The notes beneath the pieces were generated by a model. It made no database searches, was not told the origin of the DNA, and worked only from the letters and a program-made list of their open reading frames with translations. From Octopus bimaculoides (taxonomy: Eukaryota), in contig NC_068989.1 of assembly GCF_001194135.2 (NCBI RefSeq), forward strand, positions 22,467,050-22,531,049: a stretch of DNA of 64,000 nucleotides, read 5' to 3'. The stretch's first letter is position 1, and each line of letters begins with the position of its first letter. Below are positions 12,881-25,810 of this stretch, in pieces. Both the position numbers and the translations under genes were made by a program.

Positions 12881-13202
12881 GGTTAAGCTTTAGAATATTT
12901 AAATTTATCTATTTTATTCTAGTGATTCAGCTTAACGCCTCCTACTAACAGACACCTGCAGTGGAATTTGAACTTGGAACATAACTCACTCCTCTGCCAG
13001 CATGCCAGCCACTGAGCCAATGGGAGAACCTCCACATGGTTAGTCAACCTACACAAAAACATCAAATCAGTAGTGCTCTAGTCATTACTACATTAACTGG
13101 TTCCACTTGAGTTCGGGCTTTACTGAAAAGAAAAACTTCTGGATCAGAAATTACTACAGAATCACACATTCAATGCAAATATCTGTCTGTCTGTCTGTCT
13201 GC

Positions 13203-13243
<41 letters not shown>

Positions 13244-13281
13244 TTTGAATGTCAGTCTATATATTTGCATTTCAGTCCACT

Positions 13282-13667
<386 letters not shown>

Positions 13668-13931
13668 GTTAGATACAATCACAAAAGTAAATCGCGTTCT
13701 ACTGTCTTAAAAAAAATAAAGAACACATCAGAGAATGTAGTCAAAGATACACTTCTAAAAAGATGAGATGGTCATGGATGGAATGTCTTTGATTATAGGA
13801 CTAACCTGGGATACAGCACCAACACTCACTAAGTCAACAAGGGAGCCTTCATATATATACATTATATATATATATATATAGTAAATATATATAATATATA
13901 TATTATATATACATTATATATATATATATAT

Positions 13932-14031
13932 NNNNNNNNNNNNNNNNNNNNNNNNNNNNNNNNNNNNNNNNNNNNNNNNNNNNNNNNNNNNNNNNNNNNN
14001 NNNNNNNNNNNNNNNNNNNNNNNNNNNNNNN
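13932..14031. other. Assembly gap (N)
   Basis: Run of N. Other gaps at 29005-29020, 33750-34602 and 58306-58315, mostly next to simple repeats. Confidence 1.
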
Positions 14032-14689
14032 TCCATGCTGGCATGGGTTGGACAGTTTGACTGAAAACTGGTAAGCCAGGGGAGGTGGGGTTGCACTAGA
14101 TTCCGATCTAATTTGGCAAAGTTTTTATGACTTGTTGCCCTTCCTAATGCCAACCACTCTGAGAATGTAGTGGGTGATTTTTACATGCCACCAGTATGGG
14201 TGGCATTGACTTGATACTGGCATTAGCCATGACTATGGCCTCACTTGACTTGACAGGTCTACACAAGCACGGTATATCGCCAAATGTCTTGGTTACCTGT
14301 CACTGCCTCCATGAAGCCCAAAGCTCGAATGGTCCTTTTTATGTAAAACCAGCACAGGCATCAGTCAGATGACACTGGCATCAGCCACGACTGGGATTTC
14401 ACCTATTTGAATAAAATACAGGTACCTGTATATTAGTGTAAATGATACAAGTTTATTAATACTGTACTGTGCAAGGTGTTGTGAGATAGGACCATCCAGT
14501 AAATTAGTCTGATGATCATAAGAATTTGAAGATTTTGCTCATAAATGTGTGTGGATTATTAAGTGGTCCCAGACTCAGTGTTTGGAAGGTTGGTGTTGTA
14601 CCTGTATGCCATTTGGAAAAGAAAACAATACAAAAAAAAAAAGAAAAAAATGCTTGTTCAGTTCGTGTATGGGAGGTGCTGAATTTCTC

Positions 14690-14829
14690 AGCTTTAAGGG
14701 TATTGCGTAAGGCCCAATCTTCCGAGTTCTTTTACAGGGCTTAAATAAACTGAAGGACTGCTGCAATAAATGTTTGAATCTGAGAGGGGAATATGTTCAA
14801 TAAAATTATAACCAACTGATCCTCCTGTA
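14690..14829 (+). mobile_element. Mariner 3' end fragment
   Basis: Translates (one frameshift) to QGLNKLKDCCNKCLNLRGEYVQ*, the mariner C-terminus, followed by TIR-like AACTGATCCTCCTG-TA. Confidence 0.65.
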
Positions 14830-15884
14830 TTTTCTTTACTCAAAGCCAGGAACTTTTCAGCCCGCCACCCCAGTAAATGTTTGAATTTGCAACCTCATTC
14901 AACCCATGCTAATGTCCATCAGAATACTGATACAGGTGTCAATATTTCTTCCATAAGCACAAAGTGTTTTAAGAGTAGAATATGAGGAAATGAGAGTATG
15001 TGGTGTTCATGCTGTTTTTAAGAATATTTAAGTCATGTAATAAAATGGTGGCAACTGGAAATCAAAATTAGGATTTAGACTTAGCTTGCTGGCAATTTAA
15101 CTCCACTTAATACTATGACAAGGTAACCACTACATACTCATCTTACAAGAAAAACAGCAAAATATCCCTCCAAATTCACATATTGTTTCACCTTTAAAAA
15201 GAGGAGGATAATGTATTCCTAAATTTTTCTAAAATGTCAGAAGGGTTAGTTACATCAGAATTAGCTTTAATCATGGATTTGCGTGTTCAGAGTTGACCTG
15301 AGGCTAAACAATAACAACCAAATGCCATTTTCATATATCAGTTACAGATATAGAAAATGTTTCCTGAAAGGATGATTAATAGTTTCATGACTCATTGTAA
15401 TTACATTTAGTTCGAGGAAATTGAATTTGTAATAGAAAATTATCCCAAAGTCAAGAAATATTTCAGAGAATGCAATTATATATAATTTAGTTTTTAAATT
15501 TTAAAGTATACCAAAGTCTTTTAAATTTGAGATGAGCCTCAAGAAAGAAGAAACATTCTGAATCTCCAAAGAAAAATTCTATTTAGTATTACTGTACTAG
15601 GGACATAACACAACTTGAGAGAAATTACCAAGCATCTTTGAGATAATACTTCACACTTTAACTGTAAATTTCTTTACCACAAACTTATAGAGGATATTTG
15701 TTGGAGCATTTTCTAATTCTATTCTTACTCTTTTTGACTCCAAAGTAGTGGAATAGTTTGCAAAGTGGGCACAAGCAAAGTTATGAGTTTTAAGCTCAAT
15801 TTGAAATCTTGTAGTCCCATGTTTAATCTCACAGAATAGCATGTTGGACAAGTGGCTTCTCCATAATCTCAAAATATCTTAAAC

Positions 15885-16400
15885 CATCCATTCATCTTTC
15901 CACTCACCATTCCTGGGATGGTCATTGGAGCATTAGCGTAGCTAGAGTGTGTGTCACCCTTATGTTTGCCACCCCTGGGCCCCACAAAAAACACATATTG
16001 CCAAGAGCAGACCCAAAAGTGCCATCCCTTTAAAAGTGCTGCCCAGGATGGACAGCCCCTACCACACCCCACTGGCTATGCTAGTGCATTGGAGTAGAGT
16101 TTTCAGGCACCACTTCTATAGGGTCTTGTCAAAAGCAACTGTCATTAGACTTTCCAGCTGGATCACCAAGTGTGACCAACTGTCACTATGTATACTATCC
16201 AGCCATTTCATTTTTGGTCTACTCTTAGGTCTCCTGCCAATTGGTTTGGCTTAAAGAATGTGTTTTGCAATTCTTTATGCAATATTCCAATCATATCCTT
16301 GTAGTACTAGACCTGTTCTTATGAGGTATTTAACACCACCACTTCACCATTTGATTCTAGCCAGTATAGTCAATATTGGTGCAAGCATGTGGACCAGGTC
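15885..16400 (-). mobile_element. RTE-clade LINE 3' fragment, interrupted by a hAT MITE
   Basis: Minus translation RIAKHIL*AKPIGRRPKSRPKMKWLDSI...VAFDK, the RTE C-terminal GRRPxGRPxxRW motif, then a GATGAATGGATGG tail. Confidence 0.75.
15931..16086. mobile_element. 156-bp hAT MITE
   Basis: TIRs CATTAGCGTAGCTAG / rc CACTAGCATAGCCAG (12/15). Perfect 8-bp TSD CATTGGAG at 15923-15930 and 16087-16094. Confidence 0.92.
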
Positions 16401-17557
16401 TCCAGTTTTGGTTTCTTCCCCTTTTTTCATCTAATTGACTAAGAGGTTCTACGAAAAGATCACAGAAGCTGTCTTCTATCTTTTGACTGAGCCATATCTA
16501 AAAGAAAAATAAATCAGACTGAATTTAAATATATTTTTTCAATCAATGATAAATTTTAGAAGCAGCTCTCTAGCTTTTATTCTATTGCTTTAAATGAATG
16601 ATAAATTTTTCATCGTCATCATTATCATTTTACATCCACATTCCATACAATTGTGGGTTGGAAAAGTCACCATGGTCAGTCAGTTCTTATTCAAAGTTAC
16701 AGTCCTCTTAAGATAGATCAGAAGACCATATCTTGATCATACATTTAATTTTTGATGTAACTCTTATGGCATGAAGCTCTACCAAACACCAACCATTTTA
16801 CAGAGTGTACTGGATACATTTTATCACAGCACCAGAATTAACAATGTTGCGTTAGCTTTTATAGTACTACATTCCTTGTTTACTTTCTGATGTCTATAAT
16901 TTAGATTGGTTAAAATCTAACGTGTGTATTGTATTCTGATAGTGAATTGTAAATATTAGCTTGGGGGGAGGGGGAATATAACCACTGAACATAATTTCTT
17001 AATATTTAAAGCTAATTTTGTATTAAACGTGCCAATCTTTAAATAACAAAGTCATAAAGTAAGAGTGTATTCAAACTGTGTTTCCACCATGCTGTACAAC
17101 TAGACAAGAAAATATACAACTAGACAAGAAAATTACAAGCAAATATAGAGTTGAAGAACCATCAGGCCTGATGCTAACAAAAAATAGAAATAAAACTGCC
17201 TTAAAAATGAAAATTAAAAGAAATTTAATGAAAGACATCCTACTTTCATATCGTGATGTAAAGCATGGAATATGGTCTGAAGACAGTTGCTTTTCCAAAT
17301 GAATTTTAAACAATTTCTATTTTAGAGTCAGATAATTTTTAGCATTTCAATCAACATAGAGTGAAATGTATATAAATATCTCATAAAAAAATAAACTGTA
17401 AAATTTCTTTGCAAAACACATGGAGAGTTTAGATCTGGTGATTTTGACCAGGTAGTAGTAGTTCTCATGTTTCAACAGCTCATGCTTATAACAAACTGGC
17501 AACCCCAGATAAATAACTTGTATTTTCCTCTCTTTCAATTACATAAGTCTTATTTAC

Positions 17558-17631
17558 TGGGTCTTTCGTTTATTCAACTGAAGAAATTTTTGAAGCATTT
17601 CATCCACATACTTTTCCAGTGCTTCATACAA
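17558..17631 (-). CDS. Candidate coding exon (LYEALEKYVDEMLQKFLQLNKRKT), gene unidentified
   Basis: TAG acceptor, GTAAAT donor, helical-looking peptide. No homology recognised. Confidence 0.3.
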
Positions 17632-18501
17632 CTATTTGCAACATGTTTATATTTTCATAACAAAAAAAAAAAAGAAAAGAAAATGTGCATCATAATTGGA
17701 AACAGGCACAATCAGTGTTGTTTAGTGAAGCCTGCAAAATTTATTGTTAATAATTCTTGATGCTTCAATTACTACATTCTTATGGGAACAATGCAACAAA
17801 ATTGAAAGTTTGGATGAGCTCTAAAGATTTTCCTCATTTGAATAACATTATTGCACACAATATTCAACACCCAAGCCACTACACCCTGTGCCTCCACAAA
17901 TGCACACACACACATAGATGCAGGTGCAGTTTGGCTAAATGGTTAAAAGGTTTACTTCACAAACATGGGATCCTGGCTTCAATTCCATGGTGTGACCTCT
18001 TGGATAAATGTCATTTTTCTCTAGACTCAGGTTGACCCAAACTTTGTGAGTGAAACTGTATAGAAGCCCATCTTGTTGATTGAATTTGTAATTCGAAGGT
18101 CCAACCTTTTCACACTATGTGAAGCTGATTCTATCTGAGGGCTCACACTAAGGGTACACTAAGCCTGGAATACTCAGCACCTTATATGCTTATTGAAAGA
18201 GCCAGTGGTTTAATTCATTGAAGAATCAAACATTCATAATAAGAAATTTCAACCAAGATCCATTTCATATATAGACTTTGTCCCTTCTTCGGTCACTAGA
18301 TGTCCTTTTGAATTTTTAATTGTTGATATGACATAGTGTGTCATATGTGTTTGTATATTGCCTTTATTGTCCTTTTTGTTGAAAAATAAACAGGTTAATT
18401 AACATAGTAGAGTGTCTGCAAGTTGATGAGTACCACATATTCCCCTCCATATTCTTATTGCTATATATATATATATAAACGTACATATACACACATAAAA
18501 A

Positions 18502-18817
18502 GTATAAACCCCCTTCAGTCATGAATGGCCATCCGAGGCACAATTTCATGCAAGGTTGTTTATGGAAGACCAGTAGTCAGTCACTCATGCATACCAGCCT
18601 CTCCTCTCCATGCCACTGATGTTATCCAAGGGAAAGGCAAATGCCAATACAACTTGGCACCAGTGATGTTGCAACTCATTTCTATAGCTGAGTGATTTGG
18701 AGCAACGTGAAATAAAGTGTCTTGCTCAAGAATGCAACACTCAGTTCTGTCCGAGATTCAAGCTCACTATCTTATGATCATGAGCCCAACACTAACCTCT
18801 GAGCTATGTGCCTTCCA
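18502..18817 (-). mobile_element. tRNA-derived SINE of a further family
   Basis: Minus head GGAAGGCACATAGCTCAGAGGTTAG (A-box), B-box-like CTTGAATCTC, then TTGAGCAAGACACTTTATTTCACG core. Decayed relative at about 42180-42380. Confidence 0.75.
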
Positions 18818-19166
18818 TATACATACATATATATATAAAAATACACATGCACACATACCTACACTCATATAGATATTACACTGTATGTATTATGTAGATA
18901 TATAGCTTAACCTTCTAAGTGTATTTCATTCGTTCTTAACATTTGAAAAAAAAAGGTAAAAAGAAGAAAGAAAAGGTTATTTGTCAAGTGAAAATTGTTA
19001 ACCTTACTGAATAAGTAAATAAATATAGACTTTACTTCAAAAACCAATAACAGGTTTGGAAAACAAGATGTTATTTGTGTTGTGTGAGTATGTTGTGTAT
19101 GTAAAGTTGTAGATGTGCATACCAGTGTGCAAGTAAGTATACTTGTTTATATATGAAAGTATAATT

Positions 19167-19210
<44 letters not shown>

Positions 19211-19362
19211 ACACACATGCAGTGCATATGTGACTTTATGTATTATTGTGTATATTTTACCAATCATCAACCTACAGAACTGATTTATTCTGTGGATATT
19301 TTCATTCAATATATCAGGTCTAATCACATATATGAGTGTGGTTGATGTTTATATATATATAT

Positions 19363-19395
<33 letters not shown>

Positions 19396-19870
19396 AATGT
19401 GTGTACACACACAATGCCCAACAAAGAGCTCATCCATTTCACGAGCCTAGTTTATCAACCTTTCCATAAGGCCATTTGCTATTAATAAAATATACACTTC
19501 CATCTCTATCCCTGTATATCACTCTCTCTCTCTCTTCCACATGCTCTGCCACCCAGCACATCATCTCCCCATTTTCTGATCTATCTAAAGGTTCATTATA
19601 CTGCTGCTTTCCACCTTTCCTGTACTGTCACTTACCACCTTCTCCTTCCTGAGGTATTTCTTTAACCTCACCCCCCACACCCCATACTGATAGTTATTAT
19701 CAACCACACCTCCACTTTTGTGCATCATTCCCTACATCTACCTTTTCTCCTATCTATAACAAGTGGAGACTGGCAACAGGAAGGACATCTGGTCATATGA
19801 AAACTCTCTGCCCCCAACTATCTTCTATGTGATCCATGCATGGAAAAAATAGGCATTAAAATGACACCAT

Positions 19871-19903
<33 letters not shown>

Positions 19904-21744
19904 GCATTTGTAGGAAATAGTTGGGGTGGAAGAGGACCTGGAGGAGAAGGGAAGGTGAAGTAAGAGCTTAAACCAAGCATTTACAATAGAGTAGTGTATG
20001 AAGAATCCTTCTGCCCCCCCCCCACTCTGTATAAAATTGAGTAATGTGTAAGACCAACCACCTAATAAGTGGGTTTGATCTCTTCTATCCCTTCAGCCAT
20101 TTTGCTTCAACATAGTATGACAAATTCTTGTTGAATTTTATACCATATAAATTTGAAATCTTCCTATCGCTCCAAAATGGAATTCATTTATATTGCTAAT
20201 ACCCTTGAGGAAGGCTCATACACTTATAATTTAACCAATTAATTTTCACACTGAGTGGTTGGCGTTAGGAAGGGCATCCAGCTGTAGAAACTCTGCCAAA
20301 TTTAGATTGGAGCCTGGTGTTGCCATCCGGTTTCACCAGTCCTCAGTCAAATCGTCCAACCCATGCTAGCATGGAAAGCGGACGTTAAACGATGATGATG
20401 AAAATGGAATCTTCATACCTACACAAGAAATTCTCTAATGGGAAGACAAGGTGGCTAGTGCTATAAGCAGAGTGTTGTGCGTAAATATCAAGTTGTTTTC
20501 TGTTGCCTTGGTTGCGATTATGTGATAAAGAGGAGTTTAGAGGTAAGTTAAAATGTTGAAGGAAACAAATAAAAGGACAATTCTTTGGCACGTCTTATGT
20601 CTGCATTCCTTCCTGGAGTCTTGAGAATTTGCTATTTGTTATGTATATTTGGGTTCATGAATTTTTCTATGTTTGGGTTATTGTTGTTTAGCCATGTGTC
20701 ACCCTGACTGAGCAGACTTATGATCAAAGGCTTTCCAGTAATGCCCACAACACCTTTATTTCAGAGATATTCTATCTAGGATTACATTATCCAATGTGTC
20801 CTACCTTTTATAAAATGGTAGGATGGGATTTGAAGGAAATTAATTGCAATTTTTAGCAAGTCAAATAACTGCACGGAGCCCACTTGTATTGACTCTCATA
20901 TGACAATATCTTGTTGAGGACATACCTAGTGAAATTACAATGGTTCTTAAGGAGCAAAGAAACTTTGGCCATGATCAAGTAGTTAGAATATTGCTTTTGC
21001 TTAATCACCAATTACAGAGGAGTTTGTGCTTCTATAAAGAGGTATAATAAAGCTGAAACATGATCAAAGTTATCACCTGCATTTGTTGTAATGATTAAAA
21101 TAATATTAGTTATTGAGCAATATATTTTCCTCACCACATAAGTATTTATAATTACATTTTTAATACTACATTAACTATTATTTTTTATGGAGATGACACC
21201 TCTGAGTAATTAACTCCCATAATTTAATAGAAAGCTGTGGTGCCAGTATTCACCTTCAAAGGTTTGTCAGAAAGTGGGCTCATGGAAGTTAGTTATAGTG
21301 TATAGGAACATGATAACTATGTCTAGTATTTTTGTCATTACTGATATGAGAATAATGGCCTTATCAGAGTTGAGCCCACATGCTCCTGCAACCAGCCAGA
21401 AATACCATCTGGGTTTCCTGTAACCTTTTCTATACAAAAACAACCAATACCATCTGTGGTTCCCTCATATAAAATTTCTCATTTTAAAATGTTCTTATTT
21501 AAACTAAAAATCTTCCACTGTAGTTTTAAGTCAATAACTTCTAAGATGCATTCCTATATGTGCATTTTAATAGTGAAAAAGTTATTTTACCTACCCTTCT
21601 CCAAATTCCTAATTACTTTCAAAAAGTAATCGACACACACAAGTAAAATATTTCATAAGAAATATGGCCAAGAAAGAGATTAAATCCACTCTGTCAACAT
21701 AAACAAGCAGATATCTAAGTCTCAACCTCAACAAAGGCTTCATT

Positions 21745-22130
21745 GCACCTGAAAGAAGAACCCCTCCTTGGGCTCCTTCCACTGCTGTCTGTTCCTAGCC
21801 AGTCATGGCCGTGTAGGCTCCAAGTAATGAGTGAGATCATCTTGCCATCTTGTCTTTGGTCAGCCTCCATTGTCTTGTTGTCCATTCCATCACCCTGATT
21901 GTCTATCTGTTGTCCTTCAATTGCACGATATGACCAGCTCATCTATATTTGTTCTGTTTGTTCTTATGATGTCACTGACTCTAATATATTCTGTCAAATC
22001 CAGGCTTTCGTTTTCTTGTCTTGCAGTGTGATGCTGAGCATGATTTGTTTCATTTTCTTTTGGGCTACAATGAGCGCATTCATGATGTCAATGGTACCTC
22101 AGTCTACATTGTATAATATAGTATATAATA
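21745..22130 (-). mobile_element. RTE/BovB-like LINE RT C-terminal fragment
   Basis: Frameshifted minus translation follows WIRxxTxVxDII, RWAGH, DNRW, RVMEW, GRPxxRWQDDL. Confidence 0.8.
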
Positions 22131-22922
22131 CACAGTATCTGTTTGAATAAAAGACGGGATGGTTATGGCTGAAATATTTTTGATCATAGGTCTACTTAAT
22201 CAGAACTGATTTGGAGTTAAACAACAATTTCATTACCATATTAGGGAGGCTTGCAAAAATTATGGCTGTTTACCACTTCTCTTCTGAAGAAAAGAAGGAA
22301 TGGAATGTGATGTCCCTGTATGCAAGAGACTGAGGGTAATTGATTTATATTAACAATATTGACATTTTAGTAATTATTAGTAATTACATTTTAATTAAGG
22401 CAGTAAGCTGGCAGAATCATTAGCATGCCAGGCAAAATGCTTAACAGTATTTCATCCATCTTTATGTTCTGATCTGAGATCAAGCTCTGCTAAGGTCAGC
22501 TTTGCTTTTCCTCCTTTCGGGATCGATGATAGAATAAGTACCAGTTGAGCACTGGGGTATTGACTTTACTCTTCTGCTAAGCCATGTTGAGCCAGTGTGG
22601 CAGAGTAGACTCATCAAACCAGTATGATCTCAAGCTCAAATTCATGACCACATCAGACCATGGTTGGTGGAGAGAACATGCTGAGGTCTTCATTCTCCCG
22701 TAGGCTGAACATGAGCAAACCAATCCAATTTTATACTTCAATTATTTAGTTTTGTTCATTAATAGCTAAGCTGTATTGTTGTTGACATTTAGGATTATGT
22801 CAGTTCTAATCTAGCAGATCTATGATCAAAATGTGTTTTAGTCCTGACCATCTTATCTTTCTATATTTTGTATGCTGTACCTATGACCACAATTCCAACC
22901 TATTCCGGTTTTTTTCCTGTAG

Positions 22923-23146
22923 CCCATTAGCATTCAGGTTTCTCTGTCAAATGTATTGCTTATTTATTCATATTGTTTTCAATTAATCGTGCATAATCTG
23001 GTAGCTTTGAGATTTCCATGGTGTGATTTTTTTTTAACTTCAGAAGGACAGTGTAGAGTAGATGTGAGAGGTTGGATCTGACTGATTTGAACACAGAACA
23101 GGAATATTATTTGGGGCTAGACATGGCCAGTTTAAATGCTAAAGGG
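22923..23146. mobile_element. piggyBac-like MITE
   Basis: TIRs CCCATTAGCATT / rc CCCTTTAGCATT (11/12). TTAA TSD only partly retained. Confidence 0.55.
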
Positions 23147-24637
23147 TAAAATTAAGGGGCTTATGATGTGAGGAAAATTTTACTGCTATTTCTAGCACTC
23201 AAGCAGCCATGAAGAGGTTCACTCGCTTTCAATTTTCAATGGTGTTATGTGTGATATTGTTATGTTTACATGTTTTCAGCGTGGGCATGTGGTGTCCTTA
23301 ACCAAGTGCATAAGAGCGCATGTGAGTTTCGGGTGTTATAAATGTTGTAAATGTTGCATGCGTAGTCTTTGGAGGAGGAGAGAGGAGAGGGGTGGGCTGG
23401 GGTAGAGGAGGTAAAACCTGTTCAACACTCCTTCCTTCTCAGATTAGTAGCAGAGATTTTGGTTATCAACATGCGTAAACAGCTAGGAAGAGAGTTGGAG
23501 CCAATGAGACTTTTAATCGTCTGTCAGCATTGAGTAATTAACTTCACCATCACCAACATCCTCATCACCATTATCTGACATCATCATCATCATCACCATT
23601 ATCTGACATCATCATCATCATCATCATGATCACCAGTACCACCATCATCTTCACCATCGCTATTGCAAGCAATGTGAATAGCTGCACGAACACCATCCCC
23701 ATTACATGGTTATTTAGCTTTATCAACACCATCCGCACCACAGCCAACACCACAAAATGAACTGGCAAAACCTGTACAAACTGCTACATAGAACAACAAT
23801 AACTAGTTATAGTGCATGACATACACATGTGTGTGTGTGTGTGTGTGTGTGTACATACACATTATATATATTATCATCATCATTTAATCTCTGTTTTCCA
23901 TGCTGGCATGAGTTGGACATACATACAACCCTGCCACATACACACATATCAGTTAGAAGCAACAAAAGCAGTATATGGTTAAAAATAGCCATCAATATAT
24001 CATACTTAACAAAGACATTGTTGAATGGTAAATTTACTGCATTATTTGCCAAACAGATAACATCCCTTATGCTTTTACTGTTTTTAAAAACAATACAGAG
24101 AGAGAAAAAAAATCATCTCAGAAGCAGCTGATGAGAGCATCAGAGGCATTTCAGCCTCAGTAGGCCTTATCAATGTTGTATACTCACAGCTAACCACATA
24201 CTTAGTTAGACAAGACTTGTCACCCCTGGTATATAGGAAAACAGTAGAAGACTTTTACTGGCATTTGGAATAGCCATCAAGATGAATAAAAATCCATTAT
24301 ATACAATAGGTAAGGTCAGGTATGGGAGCATGTGTCATTGCAGTGTACTGCTAGATCCACCATTGTCAGTATTTGCTTGGGTCATCCGAGGCAACCCTCT
24401 GAGTAGTGTCCTGGTCAGTCCCCATCTACATGAGATACTTCAACATCCACTGCCATCATGTGGTATATGGCTAGCCAACAAAAGCTATCACAAAAAAACA
24501 TGACAAATTTAATCATTTCTCCATAGACTGAAAAAAGTGATACACCCCCTACACGCCCATATTTATATGTATGTATGTATGTATGTATGTATGCATGTAT
24601 GTATGTATGTATGTATGTGTGTGTGTGCGTGTGTGTA

Positions 24638-24702
<65 letters not shown>

Positions 24703-24705
<3 letters not shown>

Positions 24706-24870
24706 AATTTACGAAAAAAACAACAGACGAATTCAGGTGGTGTAAACAACAAATGGATGTATTAGTTTAACGCTCTTCAACTGAAAAGAACACAGAAAGA
24801 AACAAGGAGAGAAACAAGGAGAAAAAAAATATAAATGTAGTGGTCAGCGATCTACCATGGCAAATGCCAT
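24703..24870 (-). mobile_element. Penelope-like terminal fragment, internally deleted copy of 13388-13640
   Basis: Collinear with 13388-13640 and also inserted in (TA)n. Lacks the segment between two ACGCTC repeats. Confidence 0.65.
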
Positions 24871-25428
24871 ATATATATCACATTTTGCATACCTTGTACT
24901 CTGAAGGTACAAATTGACACCATGCCTGCACAATCTTTATCTCTCTTTCCAGCTACTCTCATCCACCTTTATATAATATTGGGTAGCCATGTACCTCCTT
25001 GACAGCAAGACACCTGAGCTTCTCCCTCTGTCAGCCTCTCAACAGCTGACAAAGCTGCCTCACTCTTTTACCATAAAGTCAAAAGGGCTTCAAGAAAGGC
25101 ATCCAGCTGAAGAATCCATGCCAAAACAGACATTAGAGTTTGATACAATCCTTCGGCTCATCAGATTCTGTCCAACGATACTACTTGTGCCAGTATGGAA
25201 GATGTATGTTACATGATGATAAAGATGGATGTTACATGATGATATATACAATGACCTTCTTTCAATTTCCATCAACCAAATTCACTCACAATACTTTGGT
25301 TGACCCAGGGATATAATAGAAGACATTTGCTCAAACTTCCAGGCAGTGAGATTGAACTTAAAACCACATGGTTGTGAAGCAAACTTCTTAACCCCACATC
25401 CATTCCTATATGTAACAATACTTGAATT

Positions 25429-25810
25429 GTTGCTGGCACTCCATCGCTTACAACGTCGAGGGTTCCAGTTGATCCGATCAACGGAACAGCCTGCTCGTGA
25501 AATTAACGTGCAAGTGGCTGAGCACTCCACAGACACGTGTACCCTTAACGTAGTTCTCGGGGATATTCAGCGTGACACAGTGTGACAAGGCTGACCCTTT
25601 GAATTACAGGCACAACAGAAACAGCAAGTAAGAGTGAGAGAAAGTTGTGGTGAAAGAGTACAGCAGGGTTCGCCACCATCCCCTGCCGGAGCCTCGTGAA
25701 GCTTTAGGTGTTTTCGCTCAATAAACACTCACAACGCCCGGTCTGGGAATCGAAACCGTGATCCTATGACCGCATGTCCACTGCGATAACCACTGGGCCA
25801 TTGCACCTCC
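25429..25810 (-). mobile_element. Young full-length tRNA-derived SINE (Octopus OK/OR2-like)
   Basis: A-box TGGCCCAGTGG, B-box GGTTTCGATTCCC, CpG-rich. 12-bp TSD AATACTTGAATT at 25417-25428 and 25811-25822. Family name is tentative. Confidence 0.9.

Noticed and set aside
21350-21435. Minus-strand exon candidate KVTGNPDGISGWLQEHVGSTLIRPLF
   Set aside because: Better explained as a decayed LINE RT motif (KAxGPDGIxxxxLxExxxxLxxPL).
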